Source: Blastocystis sp. Blastoise (lineage: Eukaryota > Protista > Bigyra: Opalinata). Taken from it: a stretch of 64,000 nucleotides of DNA. Positions 25,056 through 37,598 of this stretch are shown piece by piece. Position numbers and translations under genes: made by a program. The DNA lies in assembly GCA_039096225.1 (NCBI GenBank), contig JBBPEB010000020.1:468123-532122 (forward strand), given 5' to 3'. Every line of letters starts with the position of its first letter. The first letter of the stretch is position 1. The notes under the pieces are model-generated. The model did no database searches and was not told where the DNA came from. It saw only the letters and a program-made list of their open reading frames with translations.

Positions 25056-25583
25056 TTAATGATCAAATATTTCAGACATAGAAGGAATAGAATATTCGGA
25101 TAATAATGAAACAATTTCTTTAGAATCATCATGAATCTGTTTCAAATCTTGTTTCTGACTTTCAATCTTTGTTTTTAAATGATCAACAGTACAATAAATA
25201 CCATTTAATATATTATCAGCTGTTTCAATAGTTTGAAATAAAGATTCGAATTGACTGGATATATTTGTTAACTCCTCATTTGTAAATAATAATGCTTGCT
25301 TATCAGGATTTGTATTTACTTGATCTTGAAATTGTATTGGTTGATTGTTAACGGAATGATATCTATCTGGATTTTTAGATACGTAAACATCATTGATTGG
25401 ATGAATTTCTTGAGGTGGATCTTCAAACATGATTTCGTCACGCGAATTAAAACAGAAATCATTATCATTGGGTAAAGCCATAGGATTTGCAGAAACACTA
25501 TTTTCAAATGGATTCAACAAGGGGGATATCATGGCTTGACCGAAAGGGGATAAACTGGCAGAAAGACTATCAGGAATTTCCAT
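25056..25583 (-). CDS. Viral hypothetical protein (175 aa, acidic, C-terminal coiled coil)
   Basis: ATG-initiated ORF followed by the TGTTTTGTT signal. Confidence 0.7.
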   Translation of the reverse strand: MEIPDSLSASLSPFGQAMISPLLNPFENSVSANPMALPNDNDFCFNSRDEIMFEDPPQEIHPINDVYVSKNPDRYHSVNNQPIQFQDQVNTNPDKQALLFTNEELTNISSQFESLFQTIETADNILNGIYCTVDHLKTKIESQKQDLKQIHDDSKEIVSLLSEYSIPSMSEIFDH

Positions 25584-25852
25584 GATTATTTAAACCTTCA
25601 AAAGTATTTTTATACAATATATTAAATATACTATTTTTAGTGTACAGTTCTTCATTTCAGTTGCTAACAAAAGCCTATTGCTTCCAGCTGGAAAATAAGC
25701 CAATAAAATAACTTATTTCGTATGACACATCGTCGTCATCGTCTAATTGTGTTTTACTAATTTTTTTATCCAATCAGATTACAGATGCCAACTATACTCG
25801 TCATTGAAACACAAATAAAAAATGCTAAGTCGACAAAATTAGCCAATCAAAT

Positions 25853-25870
25853 GAACCTTCTAGAACATTC
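25853..25870. promoter_or_regulatory. HSE-like array (4 units) in a divergent intergenic region
   Basis: GAAccTTCtaGAAcaTTC; CCAAT motifs nearby. Confidence 0.5.
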
Positions 25871-25981
25871 CATAGAGATTCTACACTGTCTCCTAGAATA
25901 TTTAATATTCCATTTAAATGTATTATTTATTTCATTTTGATAAATACAAATTTTCTCTCTGTAACGATATTCGCGATTATA

Positions 25982-26605
25982 ATGCAATTTAATCTTTCTG
26001 CTGATTCCCGTAAATGTCTTCAAACTGTTCGTATGGAACTTCTTAAGAATTCTAAGAAGGCTGTTGAAGTTCATAAGAATGTTCTTCGTGATATTGATTT
26101 ACATCAGTCTCAATTGAATAGAGAAAAGAATCTATTGGGTATTGCAAAATCTAAAGAACGTCTTGCTTCTTTCGAAGTCGAAAACTATAGATCAGCTTTA
26201 AAACGTATAAACGCGGTTATTAAAGGTCTTGAAGATTATGAAGAATTCGCTGCTGATATTTATACTCAACAACTTAATGAAGAACAAGATATTCAAGATA
26301 TTATCAATACTGAAGATCTTTTAGAAAGTGATAGAACTACTATTTTATGTTCTGAAGATTCTAAAGAACATTCGAATTCTCAAGATGATGATTTTGATAT
26401 TATGAAATTCCATATGGAAGATGGATTTCTTTATGATGAAAAAGGTAAAGTTTATACTTATGAAGTTGTTCATGCTAAGAGTATTAACAAGATTAAAAGA
26501 GATCCTTCAAAACAAATGTATTTCTGGGATGGTATTTTATATGATAAGAATGGATGGCCTCATTCATGTACATATATTAATAGTCAAGAACCAATTGAAA
26601 TTTAA
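25982..26605 (+). CDS. Viral hypothetical protein (N-terminal coiled coil, duplicated DGxLYDxxG motif)
   Basis: First ATG at 25982; EDGFLYDEKG and WDGILYDKNG repeats. Confidence 0.7.
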   Translation: MQFNLSADSRKCLQTVRMELLKNSKKAVEVHKNVLRDIDLHQSQLNREKNLLGIAKSKERLASFEVENYRSALKRINAVIKGLEDYEEFAADIYTQQLNEEQDIQDIINTEDLLESDRTTILCSEDSKEHSNSQDDDFDIMKFHMEDGFLYDEKGKVYTYEVVHAKSINKIKRDPSKQMYFWDGILYDKNGWPHSCTYINSQEPIEI

Positions 26606-26715
26606 TTATTTTTCTTGTTTATTTTTCTATTTTTACTTATAAACTTGTAAAAAATCATTGAAAATTGTTTTGTTTATTGTATATACATTTAAAACACTAA
26701 AGTATAAAAAGGATG

Positions 26716-26863
26716 TTCTAGAAGGTTCTAGAAGGTTCTAGAATGTTCTCGAAGGTTCTAGAACATTTAAAAATATAAAGTAATATTTACTATTATAGAA
26801 TGTTCTAGAAGGTTCTAGAATGTTCTTGAATGTTCTAGAAGCTTCTAAAACTGACTTCTAGAA
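26716..26863. promoter_or_regulatory. Two HSE-like arrays (10 units at 26716-26763; 10 units at 26798-26845) upstream of the primase-helicase
   Basis: TTC/GAA invariant at 5-bp period, with variable spacer dinucleotides (ta, tc, tt, gg, tg, gc). Confidence 0.8.
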
Positions 26864-26931
26864 TCTTTAATATATTATTTGTTTTGAATTTTATACCATA
26901 TTTATTTTCATTATTTATAAGTCAAATAATC

Positions 26932-29900
26932 ATGGAAAATTCACAAATTCATTTTGTTTATACTTTTGGTTCCTTTAATCATGATAATTCAAAAGATAAT
27001 CATAGTGAAATTATTATACCAAATCCATTACCATTTTATAAAAGTCTATTTACTAATTATCAAAATCAAAAAGAATTATTACATTATATTGATTGTACTC
27101 CTTGTAATACATCAACTAATTATAGAAGATTATGGTTTGATTTAGATTATCACCAAATATCTGATGATTTTTCTTTTCTAACAGATTCTTTTATTCATGA
27201 ATTTATAGAAGAAATGTGTAATCATTGTATTCATTATTATAATCAAGAATTTATTTCGCTTGTGTATACAAAGAAAGAAGTGAATAAGAAGACAGTTCAT
27301 AATGAAATACATTATTCATGGGGAATTCATATATATACAAATTGGTTTGTAAATGGTGATTATTTATTTTTCTTATATAATAGTATGATTCTGAATACCA
27401 AATTGGTTGATTTATGTAAAATGAATAATTTAGATATAAAAGAATTCATTGATTATAATGTTATTGGTAAACCCAGAAAGAATAATGGTTGTATGTTTCT
27501 TGGTTGTAGTAAAGATAATTCTCCATCTACTTATAAATTATATGAAGAATATACCAATAAAACATGGAAGAAAATAGATGATGAAATCGATGAACATTAT
27601 TATTTCAAAACATTATTGAATTATAAGAATGAAGATGATATTATAAGTGATATTATTAATCCTATTATTTTTTATAAATTAAAACAATATTCACGTTATA
27701 AACGTTATTATGCAAGATTAAATAATTGTTCACGTACTATATTATGTTCTATACAAGATATTAAAGATATTCCTATGTTGATTTCTACAGATACTATATT
27801 GGATACTACAGCATCTAAAGAAGCTTTATTAGAACGATATTTATTATTGATTGGTTCTATTGAAGATATGAATTATTTTGAATCTCATAATACTTGGTAT
27901 AAATTATGTTGTGCAGCAAAACAGATTTGTAATACAACAAGAGGATTAGAATTATTTAAAAATTATTCATTACGTTATGGTCATGATCGAAGTGATGATG
28001 TAATTGAATCTACATGGAATCATATACAAGTTGATCCTACTCATTTATCGAATAATTATATTTTGAAGATATTAATGGATAATAAATTATTTAATAAAGA
28101 TGATGATAATGATTTCATATTTATGTCTATTTTAGAATGTATTCAATCCTTTAATCTTGTAGATTCACAAACATTAGTTATGTTATTTCAATTATTAGAA
28201 TTTAATGAAATTGTTTCTATTATATTAGATAAAGATAATTTTATCTTATATACATTTGATGAATATAATATCTTAAGACGTTGTAAGAATAATTATGATA
28301 TTAATTTCTTTGAAACCAAAATAACTACATTTATGAAATCGATTGTCGAGAAATTCAAATTATCAAGATTATATTCCAAAGAGAATGAACAACATCAAAA
28401 AATAGTTGATAAAATAATGTCTGCTTCTGTTACTAATGAATATCATTATAAAGAATGGTTGAATCGTTATTTGAAGACTTATGGTAAATCTTATAAAGAA
28501 TATTTAGATACTTATATGGTTCATAAAGAACGTGTTATCTATACACAACTTGGTTATTTATATCCAAAAGAATCTACAGAAGAAGATCCTAGACAATATT
28601 ATATCCAACCATATCATAAAGAAGATATGGTGTTTGAAGATTTATTAATTGATACTGAATTTAATGTAAGTTGGAATATTAATAATGAACAGAAAGATAT
28701 TATCCAATTATTTGAACAACATATTGCAAGATATTGTGAATTCGATAAGAAATATGAAAGTATTATGTTACGTATCTTAACCACTGCTTTCTATGTCAAT
28801 ACTCAGAAAACAGTTTCTTATATATTATATGGTAGTACAGGTAGTAATGGTAAAACAATAACAACTGATTTAATTTCTCGTATTGTAGGTAGTAATCAAT
28901 GTATTATAGTAAATCCAGATAATTTAGAAGAAACATCTATAGCTCCTAAGATTGTAGATATGTCTAATAAAACAATGTATTATATGAATGAATTAATAGA
29001 AGAAGATGTTACTGGTAGAAAGAAAACATTTAATCCATTCTCTTCTAAAGTCTTTAAAGAAATAGCAGAAAAGAAAGAAGGTGCTAGTGCTCGTAAATTA
29101 TTCAGTAATATATTTACAAAAGTTCATTTCACGGGTACTTTATTTATGACAAGTAATATCCAACCTACTGCTGTGAATGCTGGTCCTATTGAAAGAAGAG
29201 TCTGTTTCTTACCATCATGTTGTCGTTATTTCCCTCCTGGTAATGCTAATTTATATGAAGATTATGTAGATCATAATTTACCTAAACGTAAACAGACAGT
29301 AGAAAAGAGATTGAAACCTAATCATTATGAAATGGATTATACTCTATCCGATAAATTCTATCAGAATCGTTCTATTATCTTTAGTTATCTAGTAAGTAAT
29401 TATTTCTATTCTAGTATGCAATTAGATATGCATGAATTAGATAATGAATATCATATAAGTGAATGTAAGAAACGATTCTTTGATCGTAGTACAGAAGGAT
29501 ATGATTTGAAATCTTTTGTTGATAACCATATTACTATAGATCCTTATTATTTGAATGTAGTTACTATTGAAGATATTTTTAATAGTTATAAGAAAGTGAA
29601 TAATAATAATCAATTTACGATTAAGAAAGATTTAGATAAATTTACAAATGCTTTATTTGGTTGTTTAAGTAGTAAAGATACATTCAATTCTATAGATATT
29701 GTGAATATTCATAGAAAACATACTTCAAATTTCTATAAGGGAGGGAATGCTATTGGTATTTGTGGTTTAATGATTGATAATACTTATAATGAATGTGTAG
29801 ATACAGATTTATTCTGTTTATCCAATTGTTTATCTAAGAAAGAAGAAATTGTTTATAGTGAAGATCAATATCATAATACGTCATCAACAAAACGAATTTT

Positions 29901-29934
29901 AATAGATAATACTTTATATGCTATACCAAATTAA
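26932..29934 (+). CDS. AEP primase-polymerase / PriCT-2 / D5-like SF3 helicase fusion
   Basis: LWFDLDY (DxD), WGIHIY, TWYKLCCA..ESTWNHI, Walker A GSTGSNGKT, Walker B YYMNE, motif C MTSN, IERR; ATG at 26932. Confidence 0.9.
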   Translation: MENSQIHFVYTFGSFNHDNSKDNHSEIIIPNPLPFYKSLFTNYQNQKELLHYIDCTPCNTSTNYRRLWFDLDYHQISDDFSFLTDSFIHEFIEEMCNHCIHYYNQEFISLVYTKKEVNKKTVHNEIHYSWGIHIYTNWFVNGDYLFFLYNSMILNTKLVDLCKMNNLDIKEFIDYNVIGKPRKNNGCMFLGCSKDNSPSTYKLYEEYTNKTWKKIDDEIDEHYYFKTLLNYKNEDDIISDIINPIIFYKLKQYSRYKRYYARLNNCSRTILCSIQDIKDIPMLISTDTILDTTASKEALLERYLLLIGSIEDMNYFESHNTWYKLCCAAKQICNTTRGLELFKNYSLRYGHDRSDDVIESTWNHIQVDPTHLSNNYILKILMDNKLFNKDDDNDFIFMSILECIQSFNLVDSQTLVMLFQLLEFNEIVSIILDKDNFILYTFDEYNILRRCKNNYDINFFETKITTFMKSIVEKFKLSRLYSKENEQHQKIVDKIMSASVTNEYHYKEWLNRYLKTYGKSYKEYLDTYMVHKERVIYTQLGYLYPKESTEEDPRQYYIQPYHKEDMVFEDLLIDTEFNVSWNINNEQKDIIQLFEQHIARYCEFDKKYESIMLRILTTAFYVNTQKTVSYILYGSTGSNGKTITTDLISRIVGSNQCIIVNPDNLEETSIAPKIVDMSNKTMYYMNELIEEDVTGRKKTFNPFSSKVFKEIAEKKEGASARKLFSNIFTKVHFTGTLFMTSNIQPTAVNAGPIERRVCFLPSCCRYFPPGNANLYEDYVDHNLPKRKQTVEKRLKPNHYEMDYTLSDKFYQNRSIIFSYLVSNYFYSSMQLDMHELDNEYHISECKKRFFDRSTEGYDLKSFVDNHITIDPYYLNVVTIEDIFNSYKKVNNNNQFTIKKDLDKFTNALFGCLSSKDTFNSIDIVNIHRKHTSNFYKGGNAIGICGLMIDNTYNECVDTDLFCLSNCLSKKEEIVYSEDQYHNTSSTKRILIDNTLYAIPN

Positions 29935-29978
29935 ATTTATATTTATTTTTTATTATAAAAAGTTGTTTTGTTTTAAAA

Positions 29979-31534
29979 TTAATAAAATTTAAATTGTATT
30001 CCATGAAAATGTTTTTTAGGGACTTTGACTTTAAAGAATGCATTACTTTTATGTTTTTTACATAAACCATGACCCCGATGAATAGGTTCTAAAGGAGGCA
30101 TAGTAGAAAGACTACGTAATGCATAAGTATCTGAATTATTCATAACTATAGGTGTAGAGTTTTCATCTTGAGTATTCTGTTGCATAAGAGATGCTTGAGT
30201 ATTCGTTAATTCTGAATCTGTTGTATTATTATGTAAATGATCAGGTAATAATTGTTTATTACGTATAAAACGATTATAACGATCTCTAGAATTCTCTGGA
30301 ACTTCTTCAGATTCTAATGAACATCCTACAGGTAATTCATTTTCTAAATCTGTTTTATCAGGATAATGATGCTTTAATAGATCTTTATAATATCTTAATG
30401 TAATCATTATAGTATCATTATCTGATGAATATTGTTCTAGACTACTTAATATCGATTCTGATTTCATATTGAAATTCTCTTTACCAAATACATCTTCATA
30501 GTCTTCTTCATATTGTTCTATACGATCATTAAATCGTTTACATAAAAATAATAATTTATTCAATTGATTAATTTCTCTTGTATAAGTAATATTATTCATA
30601 TCAATATGAAATGTTCTTGTTTTATTATCTAAATCTTGCAATTTAGTTGAATGAGAAGATAAATAAGGAGATATATAATTTTCCATATGTGTTGATTGAC
30701 TATGTAACATCTTCATAATCGAATTTTCAAACAGTTCTACACCTTTAGATTCATGTTCTGAATCATTATGTTGGAATTGTGCTTCTCTTGATAATCTATA
30801 ATAATATTGAGCAAATAAATGTCTTATAATATCACAACCATTAATTAAAGAATTATTCTGTTGTGTTTTATAAATCCAGCCTAAATGGGGTTTTATATAT
30901 TCATCACCAAATTTCAAATCACGTACTTTACCACCATTCTCAGTAACAAATAAATAATGTCTTGGAAATAAACGTAAGGATCTAGCTAAGACATTTAAAT
31001 ATTCTTCTGATAAATACTGATAAGTAGGATATTCATTCTTACCAATTTCAAATCGATTCTTTGTATCATTCACATGAATAGTCAAAGTATTTAAATCAAT
31101 ATAATTGGTTGTTCTTCTTAACGATAAAGGAATTTGTTGACCACGAGTATAGATTACACAATCATTATAATCATTACGAGCACATAATGTATCATAAGTT
31201 AAAACTAATAAATAACTATTCACATAATATAAATCATTAGGATTTTCTAAATAATTCTTTTTGGTGATATTAATGATTTCTCCCCAATCAGCTTCACAAT
31301 TAATAATTTTCTGAGTGATTTCATAATGTCTTGAATAAGTAGCATCAATTTGTAAAGAACCCCATAAATGTTCCCATTTCTTTATATTTTGTGGAGTAAA
31401 TGCTTTATAATTAATGATATCTTCATCATCTGTACAAATAGATATATTCTTCATTATATAAGTAATCATTTGCATATAATTAGCTACAGTAGTATTGGAT
31501 AATCCACCTTGTTGTCCAGGAGCTTCTGTTTGTG
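29979..31534 (-). pseudogene. 3' part of tyrosine recombinase-like gene 2, interrupted by the CACTG element
   Basis: Motifs LCARNDY, NDTKN, DIIRHLFAQY, MLHSQSTHMENY parallel those of recombinase 1; joins in frame to 45406-45646. Confidence 0.8.
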
Positions 31535-33028
31535 TATCACTGGTAGGCACTTTTGACTTTTTAAAGGGTTTTAATTGGTTAATTTTCGTTCAAGACTCAT
31601 TTAGCCAATGAGAATTCAATAAAAAAAAGACTTAGGCAAAAAAAAGAAAATTTTCACAAAAATTTTAAGACGACTTTTGATTTAGACTCAAAGACCATAT
31701 TAAACCTATTTTATTAAAGAATTGACATTATTTTTTATTTATAGAGGGTCACACGATATCCAAACCGTTTTTCTTTTGTTTTAAGTCGTAATTCTGATGA
31801 AAATGGGGGTCAATATTTTAAAACATTATGTCTCTCTGTTTAAAGTTTAGACCGTTTTAGAGTCATAAATGTAATTAAAAGTCAAACAGCTGACCTCTAT
31901 GGCTCAAAACAAAAATTCAGCCAAAAAGTCAAAATTTTGTATTTTTTTTACACTGAAAAAAAGAGCCGAGCCTATTTGTATCATGGACAGTTAGACCAGA
32001 TTTTTGTTTTTTAAATATTTACGGGAATATATTTCTTGTTCAAAACTGAGTCTATCTATATTTTATTGTATAAAAGAGGACACAAAGGTTTTAAAATGGT
32101 TTTTTCTTTTGATTTCAATATGAAATAAAATTCCCCATTAGAAAAATATATCGGGGATCATAAAAAGACGGACTTTTCTCAGAATGAAATAAAAGTCTTT
32201 TTATGAGTTGCTTTTATAATTAATTCTGATATGAATAGAAGTCTCAAGTAAAAATTAATAGTTTTCAAAAGAATAAGCAAACAGATCATAGAGTCAAAGA
32301 AAATGAGTTTTTATTTTCAAAGTTTTGATTATTGGGATACAACAGTATTGTTTGTATATGGTTGTGTTTGAACTGTTATAAACTAAAATTCTAATAAACT
32401 ATCATGAAATATATCAAAATAAAAAAAACTATTTTTTTATGAAAATATTTATTTTTTGACTAAATAGTTTGAATTTAACTGTGAATTCATCTTATATTTT
32501 AAATATATTGTCTATAACTAAAACTAGAGTTTATAATAAGAATTGTTTACGTTTTTAAGCTCAACACATAATATATCAGTATTTATTTATTAAAAATTTC
32601 CTATTTTGCAACATGATTCTTTTAGATTTTTCCATTTTGGGTTTCCTCTTCAGTCCAGACAGTCTCCTTGGCTTATTTCAAAATGATTCGTTAGAGTATC
32701 ATGTTGGTTTATTTCTTGTAAAATATTTTTTTACATTTACTTTTTTAATTCTTTTAGGTTCCTTGGTTATTCTCATTTACACTTCTTTCAAACAGCCAAC
32801 CAACAGATTAATGAAGGTATATAAATATTTTTTTATTATTTTATTTACATTTACTCATTTTTTTTCAATTTCTTATTAAAATTATTCTTTTGTTATTTGT
32901 TTATTTTATTTTATTTTTATTATATGTTTATTATATATTATATTATATAGGATACTAATTTTCTTTTTCCATTCGTGAATTATGATCTTAGTTGAGTCTT
33001 TTTTATTTAAAATGGTAAATTATGATAA

Positions 33029-33200
<172 letters not shown>

Positions 33201-33399
33201 CATATACGATGTGGACGATGTGAATTGAGAAGCAATTAATTGATTAAAAGATTAAAGACAGAAACATGAAGAAAATATCTCTATATATATAGAGCAGTTG
33301 AAGATTAAGAACAGTAACATAGAAAAAACATTGAAGGCAAAGAAAGAAATGAAGTTAATTTGAATGATTTGAAGTTATAGGTATACATATATTGTTATC

Positions 33400-33545
33400 A
33401 TTATTTTATTATTTCATTATTTCATTATTTCATTATTTCATTATTTTATTATTTTATTATTTCATTATTTTATTATTTTATTATTTTATTATTTCATTAT
33501 TTTATTATTTCATTATTTTATTATTTTATTATTTTATTATTTAAT
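33400..33545. repeat. 8-mer tandem repeat (ATTATTTT/ATTATTTC)n
   Basis: Direct reading. Confidence 0.85.
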
Positions 33546-33674
33546 ATTTTATTAATATACAAATTATTTAAAGATAAAAAAATAACAAAAGATAATTTAT
33601 ACTTTATAAAAATAAAAAGATGCTTAAATTGATGAAGATGATGATGATGTTACTTTGTATATTCTTATTATACT

Positions 33675-33733
<59 letters not shown>

Positions 33734-36700
33734 TTTTGCGTAATGTATTTATTGTATAGATATGTTTTATTCTACTATTCATTGTGTATATATTCATTTC
33801 ATTTAATGTACATAATATGATGTGTTTTTCTTTCATTTATTTAATTTACTTTAATTGAACGTCATACTTTTCTTAGATATTAGTGCTATAAATTTATCTT
33901 TAATATATCATATAGAACATTATACAATTTTATATGTTTTTCTCTAACTTATTTCATATCTTATTCTTCCTATTATGTAGATTATTCTTTCTGGAATTTA
34001 TTTACTGTCTTCCACTCCTACTATGCTATTACTTTTGTTTGAAATATTATATTAGTTCTACAAAATTATCAACTTCAATTCTTGTTGAAAAAAAATAACA
34101 TAGCAATTTATATCCATGTATTCAAGATTCTTACTATACTACTGTTTAATTATGTTCCTTTATTACTACTATAAATATATATTACTGAATATCAAATGTA
34201 TAATGAATACTTCTGTTATCATATCTCTTTTTTGATTTATTTTTATTAACTCTTCTATATGATATTTATTGTTATCTGCTATCAAAATGAATTATAACTA
34301 TTGACATATTATGCAATAATATTCTATTAATATTTAATTGTTTTTTGAGTTGCATTACAATTATCCTATTGTTATTAGTTAATAACATTCCTTCCACTTA
34401 TCAGTCACTTGTATTGATATCCCTAATTGTATTCCTATTTTTTATTCTTACTAAACCTTCTATGATATTCTTACTTATTCAGTCATATTTTTGTACGTAT
34501 CAATTTGTATTTGAATTGTTATTGCTACTACTTACCTACTGCATTACTCGGGTACTAATTTTGATTTTATTTATGTATGATGGTCAGAATTTTTCTAAAT
34601 TCAATTATATCTTTATAACAGTCATTTATTTGGTTTATGTATTATTTCATGATTCTACTAATATTATGTGTATTATAATAAATACTACTATATATGATAT
34701 TATTCTAATTCCTTTTTGTTTTTTATTTTACTAGCTAATTTAATAATTCAAAATAAACTAATATTAGTCAATAAAGTACTGTTGTTTACTCTAAATTTTA
34801 CTAGAGGTTATATACAATTTATACTATGAATGTCGTTTTCTAATAGTATTCTTCAAACACTTTTTATACACTACAAATATATGCTACTACTTCTTTTTAA
34901 TATTTGCTACTAGTGACATTATTCCTATTGTCATTGCTTCTTCTATATTTGTTGCCTTTCTTTGATTATTTGAAGTATAACTATTGGTCAACTATCTGAT
35001 TTATAATATTTTTTTCTATTCAGTAGAACCATTATTACAATTTTATATCCTAATTTTATATCTTATTACATCTAAATAAGCTTTTTGATATGTATCACAA
35101 TCTCTTACATTTCTATTATAATTGTATATCAATACTAATATAAAAATATATGTTAGAATTATTATATTATAGAATTGTTGTATTAATTTCATGGACTTTT
35201 ATTATATCTAACTATTGATATTTAATATAAAATCAATATTATTACTATTATATTATATTTCAGGATTGAAACTAATCAATAAATCGTCCAATATTAGCAT
35301 TTAATACCACAAAATCTATTCTCACCTTTTGGTACTATGATAATATTTATCTACACTTTACAAAGTATTAATATGTTGAAAAAAAAAAGATTATGAAATA
35401 ATTATTTTTAATGTTACTCGTTATTTAATCGATATTTGTCTCTTCATAATGATATTTTTTATCTATAAATAAGTCATCAGTCTGATTATTTCGATTAATC
35501 CTATTCCTTTAATTACTCTGTAAAGCGTATTAATCCGTTAATGCTTATTTTTCTTTAACGTTCATTCGTCTTATAAAGTTTAATTATCTTATAACGTATA
35601 TTAACCCTTTAGCTTCTATTATTCTAATATACACATAATTACTATAACTGATAAATATTAAAAGTTCAATTAGATATATTAAAGATAATCGTATATATTC
35701 TGCAATTCTACTAATTCTACTACGTCCATCAATTTTACTAATTTTACTAATTCTATTAGTTCTATTACTTTTTATACTAGTAATCCGATATTTTTATAAC
35801 CTCTATTATCTAAATTAATCCTAGAAATTCCATAAATCTCATAACTTCTATAATTTCTACTATTTTTGTAACTTCTACAGCTTTCATTAGTCATATAACT
35901 TCTGTTCCTCATATAGAATCTATTAATGTCATAGTTTCTATTTTACTTTTAACTTCTAACAATTTATATTTCTTATTATATTAATACTATAGTATCTTTT
36001 ATCTTATGTATTCTATTATTTCTATTACTCATTTATATCCTATTAATCTTAGAAATTCTATTACTATTATTAATCATAAAATGTCTTTAACTTCTATTAG
36101 TTCTATAATCTCTGTTAATCTTATAGTTTCTATACCATCCATTAATCTTATAATCTCTACTATTAATATAGCTTCTTCACCATCTATTTGTCTTAACGAT
36201 TTTATTAGTAGCATTATTATATAAATTCTATTAATTATATGATTTCTATAACTTCTATTAACTCCATAAACTGTATTAACAGTAAAACATCTATACATTC
36301 TATTAATTTGTAGTTTCTATTGATCTTATGGTCTATTGATCCTATTACTTCTTTAAAATTCACTAATCCTATACTTTCTTTTAATCCTATACCTTTTATT
36401 AATCTTATACCTTTTATTAATCTTATACATTCTACTAGCATTATTATCTATTAATTTGAGCGACTACACCTTCTATTATTCTTATAACTTCTATATACAG
36501 TACTAATCATATATCATATATTAATTCTATAAATCTTATAACTTCTATTTATCCTCAAACATTTATAATTTATTAATTTTATAACCTCTATTTATTCTAT
36601 AATGATCATTAATCTATAATGTTAGTAATTTCTATCAATCCTATAACTTTTGACAATCTTTTAATTGATATACCTTCTATTAAGTCTATAACTATTTTGA

Positions 36701-37598
36701 AACCTCTCACATTTATTAATCTAATAATGTTTATAACTACTTTATTTTATATATTCTGTAAATAATTATATTATTTTGTTTGCTGCTTTTAAAGAATTAC
36801 ATTATATCCTAATACTGATGATTATAAATATTCTTTTTAGTGTTATTATTTTTTACAGATTGTGCATCCAATTCATCTATTATCATGATTATCAATTCTT
36901 ATTGTTCTTTATTTGTTTCCTGAAAGATGCCTTTAACCTTTTATATAATTCCATTTACTGTCCTTATTTCTGAGGATATCTATAATAGTGATTCTAAACA
37001 CATTAATAATTTTTTGATGTTAACATTTGTTGTTTATTGGATAGCCTTAACAATAATATCATAAATAGTAGATACAAATTTTTCAGGAATTTAAACTCGT
37101 TTTTATTCTTAATGATTTATTGTTCTACATAATTATTCTTCGTGAATTCTATAATGTTTAATACTTTGTTACTAACTACAATATTGATATCCCAGATCTG
37201 AATATATGTCATTTTAAATAATTAACACAAAGTTATATTAATAAAAAAAATAATCTTATTGTATTATATGATAAATATTTGGCTAATAGAATTATCATAA
37301 ATAATTAAAAATCATAATTGATATACCTGTAGTAATAATAATTTGCTATTTTAATGATTACTGAATGAGTATTTTATGTAATAGTTCTGTTAAAATTCTT
37401 ATTTTTTAAGGCTTAAAAAAGTCATTTATTCAATACTGTTTTACTTTATAATATAGATCGAAACAAAATAATATAATGACATAAATATGATTAGATAACC
37501 GTATTAGAAAAATAAAATTGTAACAAAAATATTATGTAATATATATCTTACTAAGAATGAAACATATTATTAATACTAGAAATATAATAGTTTTATGT

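Noticed and set aside
31535-31550. ORF-track start of 29979-31550 (MPTSD) and C-terminus of 45350-45646
   Set aside because: Both are read-through into the CACTG TIRs; the real gene is the rejoined ORF
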